64,000 nt of DNA, taken from NCBI GenBank assembly GCA_903837605.1, contig CAILVF010000036.1, positions 8,186 to 72,185 of the forward strand, in the 5' to 3' direction. The notes under the pieces were generated by a model, which ran no database searches, was not told where the DNA came from, and worked only from the letters and a program-made list of their open reading frames with translations. The translations under genes were made by a program, and so were the position numbers. Source of the DNA: an uncultured Bacteroidales bacterium (GTDB lineage: Bacteria; Bacteroidota; Bacteroidia; Bacteroidales; FEN-979). Shown here piece after piece: positions 8,003 to 17,342 of this stretch (the stretch's first letter is position 1; each line of letters opens with the position of its first letter).

Positions 8003-9007
8003 TTATTTGTTCAGGAATTTTTGAGTTCTGTTTGCAGCATTTTGTCTGATATTGTAATAGTAAAAAGGATAATCAAAGCTATGGTAAACACCTTTTGGAA
8101 ACCCACTGAGTGAATCTAATATGGCTATTCTGGATTCATCGGCAGTTGAGCAAACCAATACCCCCTTTGTGATATCTACTCGGGCATCAGCATATTGTGA
8201 TATTTTCACCCATACTCCTGCCTTATTTGGAAAAAGCGATCCCAGGCCCTGTGAAGTGTCTGCTAAAGTTTCGCTTCTCGTCCAGGTGATAGGATTTATC
8301 ACAAGGCCAGTATCACCATATATTACAGGATTCACTCCGGTAAAACCATTTGCTTCGGTGTTATATGAAATAATCACTCCTGTATCATCAGGTCCAGTCG
8401 CAAATTTCAGGTGAGGATTAGCCTGGAGAAATGCTTTTGTAACAGGACCACCGATTACGTATGCCGCAATCATTCTGGAATAAACCTGCGGATTAGCTTT
8501 CAGGTATCCGGCTAAAATATTACAAACAATATTTGCTCCTTGTGAATGTCCGGCTAATATAAACGGGCGTCCCTGATTGAAATGCTTTATGTAGTAGTCG
8601 AAGGCCGCAGTAGCATCCGTTGTGGGAATTCCAGCGATCACATTTAATCGGTTATCAGGCGATGAGTTGTCTTGTCGGTAATAGGGTGAGTAAACATTAG
8701 CTGCGGTGTCAAAAGCAGTGGCTTGCCGTGCAAAGGCTGATGCTGCACCTGCCATCATAAGGGAGTCGTCAATTGCGCAAATCATTGAAGTTGAATTATT
8801 CTTTGTCCAGGACGTTGTTGGATATAAGTAAAAGACATCTGCTTTGTAAAGAGTCGCAGGCAATGACAGCCAATGAGCAGCTTGTGAATAATCAACCGAG
8901 GTTGAAACAGTGATTGTACTGCTACTTTTCTTGCAACCGTTGATAATAATTACTCCAAATCCCATTATGATTAAAGGGTAAATTAAGGTGCTGATTTTTA
9001 TTTTCAT
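8003..9007 (-). CDS. Secreted/lipoprotein alpha/beta-hydrolase (lipase/esterase-like, GxSxG 'GHSQG')
   Basis: 334 aa. Signal peptide plus Cys ('IINGCKK'). Nucleophile elbow 'LAGHSQGANIV'. Family assignment (DUF3089-like lipase) is from memory. Confidence 0.7.
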   Translation of the reverse strand: MKIKISTLIYPLIIMGFGVIIINGCKKSSSTITVSTSVDYSQAAHWLSLPATLYKADVFYLYPTTSWTKNNSTSMICAIDDSLMMAGAASAFARQATAFDTAANVYSPYYRQDNSSPDNRLNVIAGIPTTDATAAFDYYIKHFNQGRPFILAGHSQGANIVCNILAGYLKANPQVYSRMIAAYVIGGPVTKAFLQANPHLKFATGPDDTGVIISYNTEANGFTGVNPVIYGDTGLVINPITWTRSETLADTSQGLGSLFPNKAGVWVKISQYADARVDITKGVLVCSTADESRIAILDSLSGFPKGVYHSFDYPFYYYNIRQNAANRTQKFLNK

Positions 9008-9325
9008 TTTAGATTTTTAATTTGATGATTAAAGAAGCAGCAGAACTATAACGTTTTTCAAATCATGTCTTTTTTACGGGCATGGAATAACCCCTGAAAG
9101 AAACTTCGGGCTTAGCACATGTCAGGAGGAGGGACTTACATAGGTCTTTTTTGATGTTGGGAAGATGGTCACAGTTTATTTTTTGAACAAGTTAAAGATA
9201 CAACATAAAAATACCATTGCATGCAAAACGGATTTTATAAAAAGATTTTGCTAATCAGTTCAAAAATTAAACAATTGTAATCATGAATGGTTTTTCCTGA
9301 ATTTGCCATATTCCGATAACATCTA

Positions 9326-9333
9326 TATATTTG
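9326..9333 (+). promoter_or_regulatory. Bacteroidota-type -7 box TATATTTG
   Basis: TAnnTTTG match in the AT-rich spacer upstream of the 9426 gene. Confidence 0.4.
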
Positions 9334-9425
9334 TATATGATATGGGATGAGCAGAACCAATCACTCTGTGTCCTGAATCTGAGACTTTGGAAACAAACCA
9401 ATATTTAAACTTTAAAAACAATCAG

Positions 9426-9929
9426 ATGAAACATCTTCAAAAATCAGCATTAGTAATATTTCTGCTGTTTTGTTTATTGACGGCCGTATCTGCTTATTCA
9501 CAGACCGGTAAGACTGATAAAAAGCTGGAAGCAGAAGAAGCCTTTAAAAAGGAGATCACATCTGCTCTGGAACTTTGGAATACAATGGCTAAGAACAGAG
9601 ATGTGAATCATTTTATGGATTTATTTGATGAGAATGCAGATATTATCGTCGTGGGTTCCGACAGCGGGGAAGTCTTCAAAGGCAGAAATCAGATAGAAAC
9701 CTGGATGAAAATGTTATTTGCCCACCGCAGTTTTTCATGGGATATGAACCGGGTAGATATTCATCATAACGGGAATACGGCCTGGGTTTTTATGGATGGA
9801 AATATGATCGTTTCCAATGATAAAGGAAAAACTGTAAAATTTCCTTATCGTTTTACGGGTATTTTAGTGAAAGTTAAGAATACCTGGAAATGGAGGCTCT
9901 TTGACGGCTCGGTGCCGGGAGGGCACTGA
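9426..9929 (+). CDS. Secreted SnoaL/NTF2-like (DUF4440-type) protein
   Basis: Signal peptide 'MKHLQKSALVIFLLFCLLTAVSAYS'. The size and the pattern 'FMDLFDENADIIVVGS..', 'W..R..D' are typical of the NTF2-like fold. ATG at 9426 preferred over TTG at 9387. Confidence 0.55.
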   Translation: MKHLQKSALVIFLLFCLLTAVSAYSQTGKTDKKLEAEEAFKKEITSALELWNTMAKNRDVNHFMDLFDENADIIVVGSDSGEVFKGRNQIETWMKMLFAHRSFSWDMNRVDIHHNGNTAWVFMDGNMIVSNDKGKTVKFPYRFTGILVKVKNTWKWRLFDGSVPGGH

Positions 9930-9994
9930 ACTGTCTTCAGTTTTTCAGAATCCTGACCATTATAAAAAGGGAGATTATTAATCCGACACCGATA

Positions 9995-12925
9995 ATGAGA
10001 ACAAAAGCCATACTGATAACAGCAATTGCATTGATCGTTTTCAATGCCTTCTCCCAGAAACAGGGACAGGCCCGGATAGACTCCCTTCTAACACAATTGA
10101 ACAGGTCAAAGGAAGATACGAATAAAGTTAAGCTGCTGAACGAACTGAGCCTTACAGTCAGAGAAATCAATGCCGACGAAGGGATCAGTTACGCAATACA
10201 AGCTTTGTCGCTTGCCCAAAAACTTCACTGGCAGCCAGGTGTTGCTGATGCAAATGTTGTTCTTGGCATGAGTTACTTTTATGGCAAAACCAATTATACA
10301 GGTGCGATAGACTGTTATTTGAAATCATTGAAAATCAGTGAAGAAATCCATGATAATACCAGGATCGCAAAAAGCCTGAACCGCCTTGGATTATTTTACT
10401 CCAGGTTGTCGGATTATAAGAAAGCTTTGGACTATTACCAAAGGGCATTAAACATCGCAAAGGAAGAAGGGAATAAGAATGGCATGCAAAAGATCATGTT
10501 TAATATTGGCGAGATCTATCAAAAGCAATCAGACTATCCTAAAGCATTGGAAATATTCAACCAGGCACTGAAAATAAACCAGTCTATTGGAAATAAACCG
10601 GGATGCAGCAGGGCCTTAAATGCCATCGGTTTTATTTACCGGTTAATGAAAGATTTTAAAAGAGCCCATCAGTATTGTGAAGAATCCATTAAAATGTATG
10701 AAGCAGCAGGAGATCAAATATCACTGGCTGCAGAGTTGGAAGACATAGGAGATATGTACCGGCAGCAAACCGAGTACCTTAAGGCGCTGGAATATCTCTT
10801 TAAAGCGCTGAGAATTCAGAAAGAGTTAAATGAAAGAAGAAGTATTGCTTATAATTTCGGGGTGATCGCTTACACTTATTTCAAGATCGCAACCGACAGC
10901 AATACAACCGTATTGAATAAGCTTTTTTCCGGGAATAAAAAGGCCGCTGTGAAAATATGCATGACATATGCCGACAGTTCAATAGCAATCCAGAAGGAGC
11001 TGGGAGATCTTTATTACCTGCAGGATACCTATATTTCGATGAGCCGTGCCCTGGAGCAGCTCGGCGATTACAAGGGAGCTCTTGAAAACCTGAAACAATA
11101 TAACATCATCAGTGATTCGATTTTAAATGCCGACAGGGAGAAAAAGCTCACTCAGCTCTCGATGAAGTATGAATTCGATAAAAAGCAGGCAACCGACAGT
11201 TTGAGGCATGCAGTTGAAAACAACCTGAACCAGCTCCGCCTGCAGAAGCAAAAAACATTTACCTGGGCAGGTTTTATCGGCATGGCCCTGGTCGCATTTT
11301 TACTGTTCTTCGTATTTAAAAATTACAACAACCAGCGTAAATCCAATCTGCGGTTGCAAGCCGCTCAAAAGGAGATCCTGGAACAAAAAGAACGTGCCGA
11401 ACAAAGCGAAAGGTTCAAGCAGCAGTTCCTTGCCAACATGAGTCATGAGATCCGCACTCCAATGAATGCCGTCATGGGAATGACGAACCTGTTAATCGAT
11501 AAAAATCCCCGGGCCGACCAGCAGCATTACCTGGAAGGGATAAAAAAATCCTCCGATATCCTGCTGCACATCATTAACGACATCCTGGATCTGTCTAAAA
11601 TTGAGTCCGGAAAAATGGAACTTGAAAAAACAGACTTTTCCCTGCATCAAACTATTGAACAGGTAATAGAAACCATGCGGCATAAAGCCGATGAAAAAGG
11701 ATTGCATTTGCTGAGCGATATCAGTGACAGCATTCCCGATGTGCTTATTGGTGATCCTGTACGCTTGAACCAGATCATTCTGAACCTTGCGGGAAATGCC
11801 ATTAAATTCACTGAAAAAGGAAGTGTTGAGATCAAGGTTGAATTAGCCTCCGGGGACCCATCTTCACTGCTTAATCTCAGGTTTTCAGTCATCGATACCG
11901 GCATCGGGATCGCGGAAGATAAACTTGAAACGGTCTTTGAAAGTTTTAAACAAGCCAATTCATCGGATACCAGGAAGTATGGCGGTACAGTACTGGGGTT
12001 GAGCATCAGCAGGCAGCTGGTGGAATTGTATGGAGGGGATATAAAAATAGAGAGTGAAGAAGGAGCAGGCACAACGTTCTCATTTATACTCAATTTTGAA
12101 GAAGGTTCCGCAGTAAGATTGCATAAACAACTGAATGCTCTTGCACTTATTGACGGGCACATCCTGGACGGATTGAAAATTCTGATTGCCGATGATAACG
12201 AGTATAACAGGATAGTTGCCGAAGATACGCTGAGATCAAAAGCCAATGTTGCAATAGAAACCGCATCCAACGGGAATGAAGCAATTGAGTTACTTAAAGA
12301 GACAGACTTTGACGTGATATTAATGGATGTTCAGATGCCCGAAATGAATGGTTTTGAAGCAACCGGGTTCATCCGTGCGAACTTTTCTTCACCCAAAAAA
12401 GATGTTCCGATCATTGCTTTAACGGCAAGTGTACTGAGAACCGACCTCGACAAATGCAGGCAGGCTGGTATGAACTCGTATATTCCCAAGCCGTTTAATG
12501 CATCGCAACTTATCCGCGGCATTGCCGAGGTATTGGATATTAAAATAAGAACATTGGAGAATCCCGCAGAAGCAAAGGAAAAAGCTTCATCTGACCAGGG
12601 GAGGGTAACGGATATGTCATACCTCAAAACATTCTGCGAAGGTGACGGGAAGAAAATGCAAAAGTATATCGGCATGTTTTTACAATCAGCCCCGGTTCTC
12701 TTAGAAAAAGTAAACACGGCCATTGCTGCTTCTGATTTTGAGGAGGTAGCGAATCAGCTGCATGGTTTTAAGACTAAATTTATCATGATGGGTATGAAGA
12801 ACACAGGCATGCTGTCACTCCTCCTGGAACAGAAATACAGAAGTGAATCAAGACCAGGCACATCGCATGCAGAGATTAAAATCCTGCTTGCTGATGTTGA
12901 ACGCGCGATTATTGAATTAACATAA
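9995..12925 (+). CDS. TPR-repeat sensor hybrid histidine kinase (signal peptide - ~7 TPR - TM - HisKA - HATPase_c - REC - HPt)
   Basis: Repeated 'Y.KAL.Y..(Q/K)AL.I' TPR units. TM 'FTWAGFIGMALVAFLLFFVF'. H-box 'FLANMSHEIRTPMNAV'. 'DTGIGIA'. Receiver 'ILIADDN..VILMDVQMPEMNG..PKP'. C-terminal HPt-like 'QLHGFKTKF'. Confidence 0.88.
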   Translation: MRTKAILITAIALIVFNAFSQKQGQARIDSLLTQLNRSKEDTNKVKLLNELSLTVREINADEGISYAIQALSLAQKLHWQPGVADANVVLGMSYFYGKTNYTGAIDCYLKSLKISEEIHDNTRIAKSLNRLGLFYSRLSDYKKALDYYQRALNIAKEEGNKNGMQKIMFNIGEIYQKQSDYPKALEIFNQALKINQSIGNKPGCSRALNAIGFIYRLMKDFKRAHQYCEESIKMYEAAGDQISLAAELEDIGDMYRQQTEYLKALEYLFKALRIQKELNERRSIAYNFGVIAYTYFKIATDSNTTVLNKLFSGNKKAAVKICMTYADSSIAIQKELGDLYYLQDTYISMSRALEQLGDYKGALENLKQYNIISDSILNADREKKLTQLSMKYEFDKKQATDSLRHAVENNLNQLRLQKQKTFTWAGFIGMALVAFLLFFVFKNYNNQRKSNLRLQAAQKEILEQKERAEQSERFKQQFLANMSHEIRTPMNAVMGMTNLLIDKNPRADQQHYLEGIKKSSDILLHIINDILDLSKIESGKMELEKTDFSLHQTIEQVIETMRHKADEKGLHLLSDISDSIPDVLIGDPVRLNQIILNLAGNAIKFTEKGSVEIKVELASGDPSSLLNLRFSVIDTGIGIAEDKLETVFESFKQANSSDTRKYGGTVLGLSISRQLVELYGGDIKIESEEGAGTTFSFILNFEEGSAVRLHKQLNALALIDGHILDGLKILIADDNEYNRIVAEDTLRSKANVAIETASNGNEAIELLKETDFDVILMDVQMPEMNGFEATGFIRANFSSPKKDVPIIALTASVLRTDLDKCRQAGMNSYIPKPFNASQLIRGIAEVLDIKIRTLENPAEAKEKASSDQGRVTDMSYLKTFCEGDGKKMQKYIGMFLQSAPVLLEKVNTAIAASDFEEVANQLHGFKTKFIMMGMKNTGMLSLLLEQKYRSESRPGTSHAEIKILLADVERAIIELT

Positions 12926-12973
12926 AAGCTGGCGATCTTCCGATATTCATTATTTTTACAAAAAATATAAGCT

Positions 12974-13360
12974 ATGGACCTGGATATGCCAAAGAAAATT
13001 TTCATCGTGGATGATGATACAATGCTCACTGAAGCGCTTAAGGATTATCTCACACGCAATACCCTGAATGATATCTATATTTTCAATACTGGCGAAGAAT
13101 GCCTGAATCATCTCTCCGAAAACCCTGATGTCATCATCCTGGATTATTACCTTAACAGCGTTCAGAAAGATGCTGCTAACGGGATGGAGATACTGCAGGT
13201 GATAAAAAAACATTACCCGGGTATGCATGTCATCATGCTATCCAGCCAGGAGCATTATGCAATCGCGCTTCAAACTATTCAGAAAGGCGCCGAGCAATAT
13301 GTAGTAAAGGATGAGACTGCTTTCGAAAAGATCGCTTCGCTGATCAGGGAACTCAATTAA
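12974..13360 (+). CDS. Stand-alone response-regulator receiver (CheY-like)
   Basis: 128 aa. 'KIFIVDDD','VIILDYYL' and 'VVKD' give the D-D-K receiver pattern. No output domain. Confidence 0.82.
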   Translation: MDLDMPKKIFIVDDDTMLTEALKDYLTRNTLNDIYIFNTGEECLNHLSENPDVIILDYYLNSVQKDAANGMEILQVIKKHYPGMHVIMLSSQEHYAIALQTIQKGAEQYVVKDETAFEKIASLIRELN

Positions 13361-13368
13361 CCCTCGCC

Positions 13369-13800
13369 ATGAAAACGCCTAAACACTATTCACTGGTCCT
13401 GGTCATCCTGTGTTCCGTTATTTTTTCTTCAGTTGCATCAGCACAGTTTATTACGATCGCCCGAAAAATCAAATCGATGCATTCAGGGTCGACTGATGTC
13501 GCAACAGTTATCCTTGATGCAAAAACTTTTAAAGTATACTGGGCCGTGATTGACACCCTGACCACCAATCCCAAATTTAAAATAAGCCAGAGGGATAATA
13601 CAAAACGTTTCGTGGAATTCACTGCGGGAACTTGCAAGGTTTCAATGCAGGTTGATTCACTTGCTTCTGCCTTGTCGCAGATCACGGTTTCCTCAGCTCA
13701 TGCCGACAATGCAGAAAAGCAAACAACAGATATAGCAGTGGATGTTATACAGACGGTTTGCCAAAAGCTCGGTATAAAGTGCACACAGGATAAAAAGTAA
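13369..13800 (+). CDS. Hypothetical secreted protein
   Basis: 143 aa with signal peptide 'VLVILCSVIFSSVASAQ'. No motif recognised. Tightly follows the receiver gene. Confidence 0.5.
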   Translation: MKTPKHYSLVLVILCSVIFSSVASAQFITIARKIKSMHSGSTDVATVILDAKTFKVYWAVIDTLTTNPKFKISQRDNTKRFVEFTAGTCKVSMQVDSLASALSQITVSSAHADNAEKQTTDIAVDVIQTVCQKLGIKCTQDKK

Positions 13801-13817
13801 ATCCCGTCATAGTTTCC

Positions 13818-16112
13818 ATGAACAACTACCTGAAATTCCTGGTTTTATCTGTGATCATTTTTACCTGCGGATGCGGCCACAAAAAAGATGCACAGATCAC
13901 AAACCTTCTGATGCTGAAGGGAGGGAAGACTTTTGCAGTTCCCACAGGAACAGCCGCCGACCAGTTCGTGCTGAAGAAATTTCCTGATGCAAAAATAGAA
14001 TATTACAACAGTGTGCTTGATTGTTCCATGGCTGTGAAGGATGGGAAAGCCGATGCGGCAGTCTATGACCTTCCTGTTCTGAAAAATATTGCTGCAAAAA
14101 ATGGGGGCCTCATCGTTTTAGATGAACTGCTGTTTGATGATCAGTACGGATTTGCGGTCCGCCCCGACGACAAAGCCCTGAAATCTGCAATGGACGAAGT
14201 CCTTGCCCGGTTAAAATCAGACGGCACATACCGGGAGATGCAGAAACGCTGGTTCCCCGATAAGGGGAACCCCGGCCCCATGCCTGAAATCAAATTCACA
14301 AATGAAAAAGGCGTGCTCAGATTTGGAACTGCAGCTGTAACAGAACCTATGTCCTATGTCGACAGCAGCAAGCAGGTTGTCGGATTCGATATCGAATATG
14401 CCTCCTACATTGCTAAGAAATCAGGGAAAGTCCTGGAGATAGTCAACATGGAATTCGGGGCCATGATCCCTGCCCTGATTTCCGGCAAGGTCGATATGAT
14501 CGGCGCCGGACTGTCTATCACGGAAGAAAGGGCAAAGAAAGTCCTTTTTTCTCAAAGCTACTATCCAAGCGGTATTGCTGCGGTAGTGAAAGATAACCGA
14601 GAAAAGAAAAAAGCAACAACCGAATCCAAAATGAAAACCCTCGCCGATATAAAAAACAGGCGGATAGGGGTGTTGCTTGGAAGTATCCATGACGCTTATG
14701 CAACGAAACAGTTCCCCAATGCAACGATCTTTCAGTATCCGAATCTCTCCGATCTGCTGTTTGGCCTGAACTCTGATAAAGTGGATGTGGCATTCACTGA
14801 CCAGACATCGGTTAAGGATATCTTCAGTAAAAATCCCGGGCTTGGGATCCTGTCCAAAAACATATTTACGGTTAACATCGCAGCAGGATTTGACAAGGAT
14901 AATGATCAGCTGAGAAAACAGTTCAACGCTTTTCTTAAGGAGATCAGGTCGAACGGTGTTTACAAGGACCTGGTCGACCGCTGGATGGATAAAGGGCTGG
15001 AAGAAATGCCCGGGATTAAAGGAACGAACATCAATGGCCAGCTCAAAGTCGGCGTTGTAAGTGACCTTGGAATGCCTTCCACAATAATGAAAAACGGCCG
15101 TTTGATTGGTTTTGACATTGAACTGGCCCAGCGGTTTGCAGCATATATCCACAAGGAATTCGTCCCGGTCGACCTGCAGTTCGGGAGCCTGCTTGCATCG
15201 GTCTCGACCAATAAGATTGATATCATCATGAGTTCTTTGATGGTAACCGATGAACGCAAAAAACAGATTGATTTTTCCGACCCGTATTATGAATCAGGCG
15301 TCAGCATCATTGCAAAGAAAAATAACATTGATAGTAAAACCCTTTCGGGATCAGGAACTCCTGATGAATATCCTGAAGATGAAAATGGTAATGGTAATGT
15401 CTCTTTCTTCAAAGCCGTTTCAAACAGTTTCTACAACAACATCATCCTTGAAAAAAGGTATTTGAGTATCCTTGACGGGTTAAAAGTCACTATGCTCATT
15501 TCAATCCTTGCTGCAATACTGGGAACGCTGATCGGCTCGCTGGTATGCTACATGAGGATGTCTAAAAGCAGGTTCCTTTCACGATCAGCAAGTGTGTATA
15601 TCTCCATATTGCGCGGGACACCTGTATTGGTTCTGCTGATGATCATATATTATGTTGTTTTTGCTTCGGTGAATATCAATCCGGTTGTCGTGGCCGTAAT
15701 TGCATTCTCCCTGAATTTCGGCGCTTATGTATCGGAGATGTTCAGGACTTCTATAGAAAGCATAGATAAAGGGCAGAAGGAGGCTGCAATTGCAGGAGGC
15801 TTCTCTAAAATCCAGACATTCACTTACATTATCCTCCCCCAGGCTTTGCGCCATATCCTTCCGGTCTATAAAGGGGAATTTATTTCGCTCCTCAAAATGA
15901 CCTCCATTGTAGGGTATATAGCAGTCCAGGATCTTACCAAGGCGAGCGATATTATCCGCAGCCGAACGTTTGACGCTTTTTTCCCATTGATCATGGTTGC
16001 GGTATTGTATTTATGCATTGCATGGTTGTTTACCTGGGCCCTTGGTTTGATCGAGATTTCGGTGGATCCTAAAAGAAGACGCATAAGGAGAACAGAGGAG
16101 GCAAAGCCATGA
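13818..16112 (+). CDS. Amino-acid ABC importer, substrate-binding domains fused to the permease (GlnP/HisM-type TMD); non-canonical SBD half-domain order
   Basis: 764 aa. Signal/lipobox 'IIFTCGC'. SBP_bac_3-like segments cover aa ~27-146 (C-terminal two-thirds only), ~165-390 (complete) and ~408-503 (N-terminal part only). Gly/Glu/Asn linker. The permease carries the EAA-type loop '[28 protein letters not shown]'. Confidence 0.85.
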   Translation: MNNYLKFLVLSVIIFTCGCGHKKDAQITNLLMLKGGKTFAVPTGTAADQFVLKKFPDAKIEYYNSVLDCSMAVKDGKADAAVYDLPVLKNIAAKNGGLIVLDELLFDDQYGFAVRPDDKALKSAMDEVLARLKSDGTYREMQKRWFPDKGNPGPMPEIKFTNEKGVLRFGTAAVTEPMSYVDSSKQVVGFDIEYASYIAKKSGKVLEIVNMEFGAMIPALISGKVDMIGAGLSITEERAKKVLFSQSYYPSGIAAVVKDNREKKKATTESKMKTLADIKNRRIGVLLGSIHDAYATKQFPNATIFQYPNLSDLLFGLNSDKVDVAFTDQTSVKDIFSKNPGLGILSKNIFTVNIAAGFDKDNDQLRKQFNAFLKEIRSNGVYKDLVDRWMDKGLEEMPGIKGTNINGQLKVGVVSDLGMPSTIMKNGRLIGFDIELAQRFAAYIHKEFVPVDLQFGSLLASVSTNKIDIIMSSLMVTDERKKQIDFSDPYYESGVSIIAKKNNIDSKTLSGSGTPDEYPEDENGNGNVSFFKAVSNSFYNNIILEKRYLSILDGLKVTMLISILAAILGTLIGSLVCYMRMSKSRFLSRSASVYISILRGTPVLVLLMIIYYVVFASVNINPVVVAVIAFSLNFGAYVSEMFRTSIESIDKGQKEAAIAGGFSKIQTFTYIILPQALRHILPVYKGEFISLLKMTSIVGYIAVQDLTKASDIIRSRTFDAFFPLIMVAVLYLCIAWLFTWALGLIEISVDPKRRRIRRTEEAKP

Positions 16113-17191
16113 TCAAAGTAAGAAACCTTTCAAAGCATTTTGGAGAACTGGTGGTCCTGAAAGATATCAGTACGGATATCAGTAAAGGAGAGGTGATCTC
16201 TGTGATAGGGCCCTCAGGAACGGGAAAAAGCACCTTCCTCCGCTGCCTCAACCTGCTGGAGGTCCCTACCGGCGGAAGCATTTTTATTGATGATGTTCCC
16301 CTGCTTGATAAACATACCGACGTGCCAAAACTAAGGCAGAAAATGGGTATGGTTTTTCAGTCGTTTAATTTGTATTCACATCTGACGGTGTTGGAAAACC
16401 TGACCATAGGCCCGGTCAAACTTTTGGGAATGAAAAAGGTGGAAGCCGATGAAAAAGCTCATGAGCTTCTTAAGATAGTGGGCCTTGCCGAAAAAGCATA
16501 CAGCTTTCCCGATGAACTCTCAGGCGGACAAAAACAAAGAGTGGCTATTGCCCGATGCATGGCCATGGAACCTGAAATCCTGCTCTTTGATGAACCTACT
16601 TCGGCCCTTGACCCGACCATGGTCAGCGAGGTGCTGGCTGTGATACGCCGACTGTCAAGGGAAGGGATGACCATGATCATCGTAACACATGAAATGGAAT
16701 TTGCCAGGAACACATCGAGCCGGGTGTTTTATATGGACGAAGGACTGATTTATGAAGAAGGAACACCTCAGCAGATCTTTGATAATCCGCAGAAAGAAAA
16801 AACAAAAGCATTCATCAACCGGATACGCAGCCTGAATTGCCATATTACAAGCAGCGATTATGACTTGTATGGCTTGCAGGGCGAAATGGAAGTATTTTGC
16901 GAAAAACATATGCTTACCAGGAGGGTCACAGGATATGTATTGCATATTGCTGAAGAGTTGCTGGTACTTCAAAAGGACCTCTCGGATGTCAGCCTCAGCC
17001 TTTCTTATTCTGAAAAAGAAGGAGATGTGGAATTGAAATGCGATAGTGCCGGGCTTCCTTTTAATCCTCTTAAGGAAGATGCCCTCGAAGATGATATCGG
17101 GCTGAAACTGATCAGGGGAAGATGCAGGAGCGTTGATTATTTCTATGAAGGAGGGAGGAATATTCTCCTTCTCAGGATCAAAGGCGAATAA
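16109..17191 (+). CDS. Amino-acid ABC transporter ATP-binding protein (GlnQ-like) with ~120-aa C-terminal extra domain
   Basis: Walker A 'GPSGTGKST'. Q-loop 'MVFQSFNL'. Signature 'LSGGQKQR'. Walker B '[12 protein letters not shown]'. H-loop 'IVTHEM'. ATGA overlap with the permease gene. Residues 241-360 lie beyond the canonical domain. Confidence 0.9.
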   Translation: MIKVRNLSKHFGELVVLKDISTDISKGEVISVIGPSGTGKSTFLRCLNLLEVPTGGSIFIDDVPLLDKHTDVPKLRQKMGMVFQSFNLYSHLTVLENLTIGPVKLLGMKKVEADEKAHELLKIVGLAEKAYSFPDELSGGQKQRVAIARCMAMEPEILLFDEPTSALDPTMVSEVLAVIRRLSREGMTMIIVTHEMEFARNTSSRVFYMDEGLIYEEGTPQQIFDNPQKEKTKAFINRIRSLNCHITSSDYDLYGLQGEMEVFCEKHMLTRRVTGYVLHIAEELLVLQKDLSDVSLSLSYSEKEGDVELKCDSAGLPFNPLKEDALEDDIGLKLIRGRCRSVDYFYEGGRNILLLRIKGE

Positions 17192-17342
17192 ATGCCTCCG
17201 GAAGCCTGATCAGGGTATCCTGAAATTGCGATTTTCCCGCTTTCTATTTAACAAAATTTGAAAATTAATAAATATTTAACTTAGAATGTTAGGTAATTGA
17301 TAAGGGTTTTTTATATTCGCATCCTGTTTAATATTCATTTTT

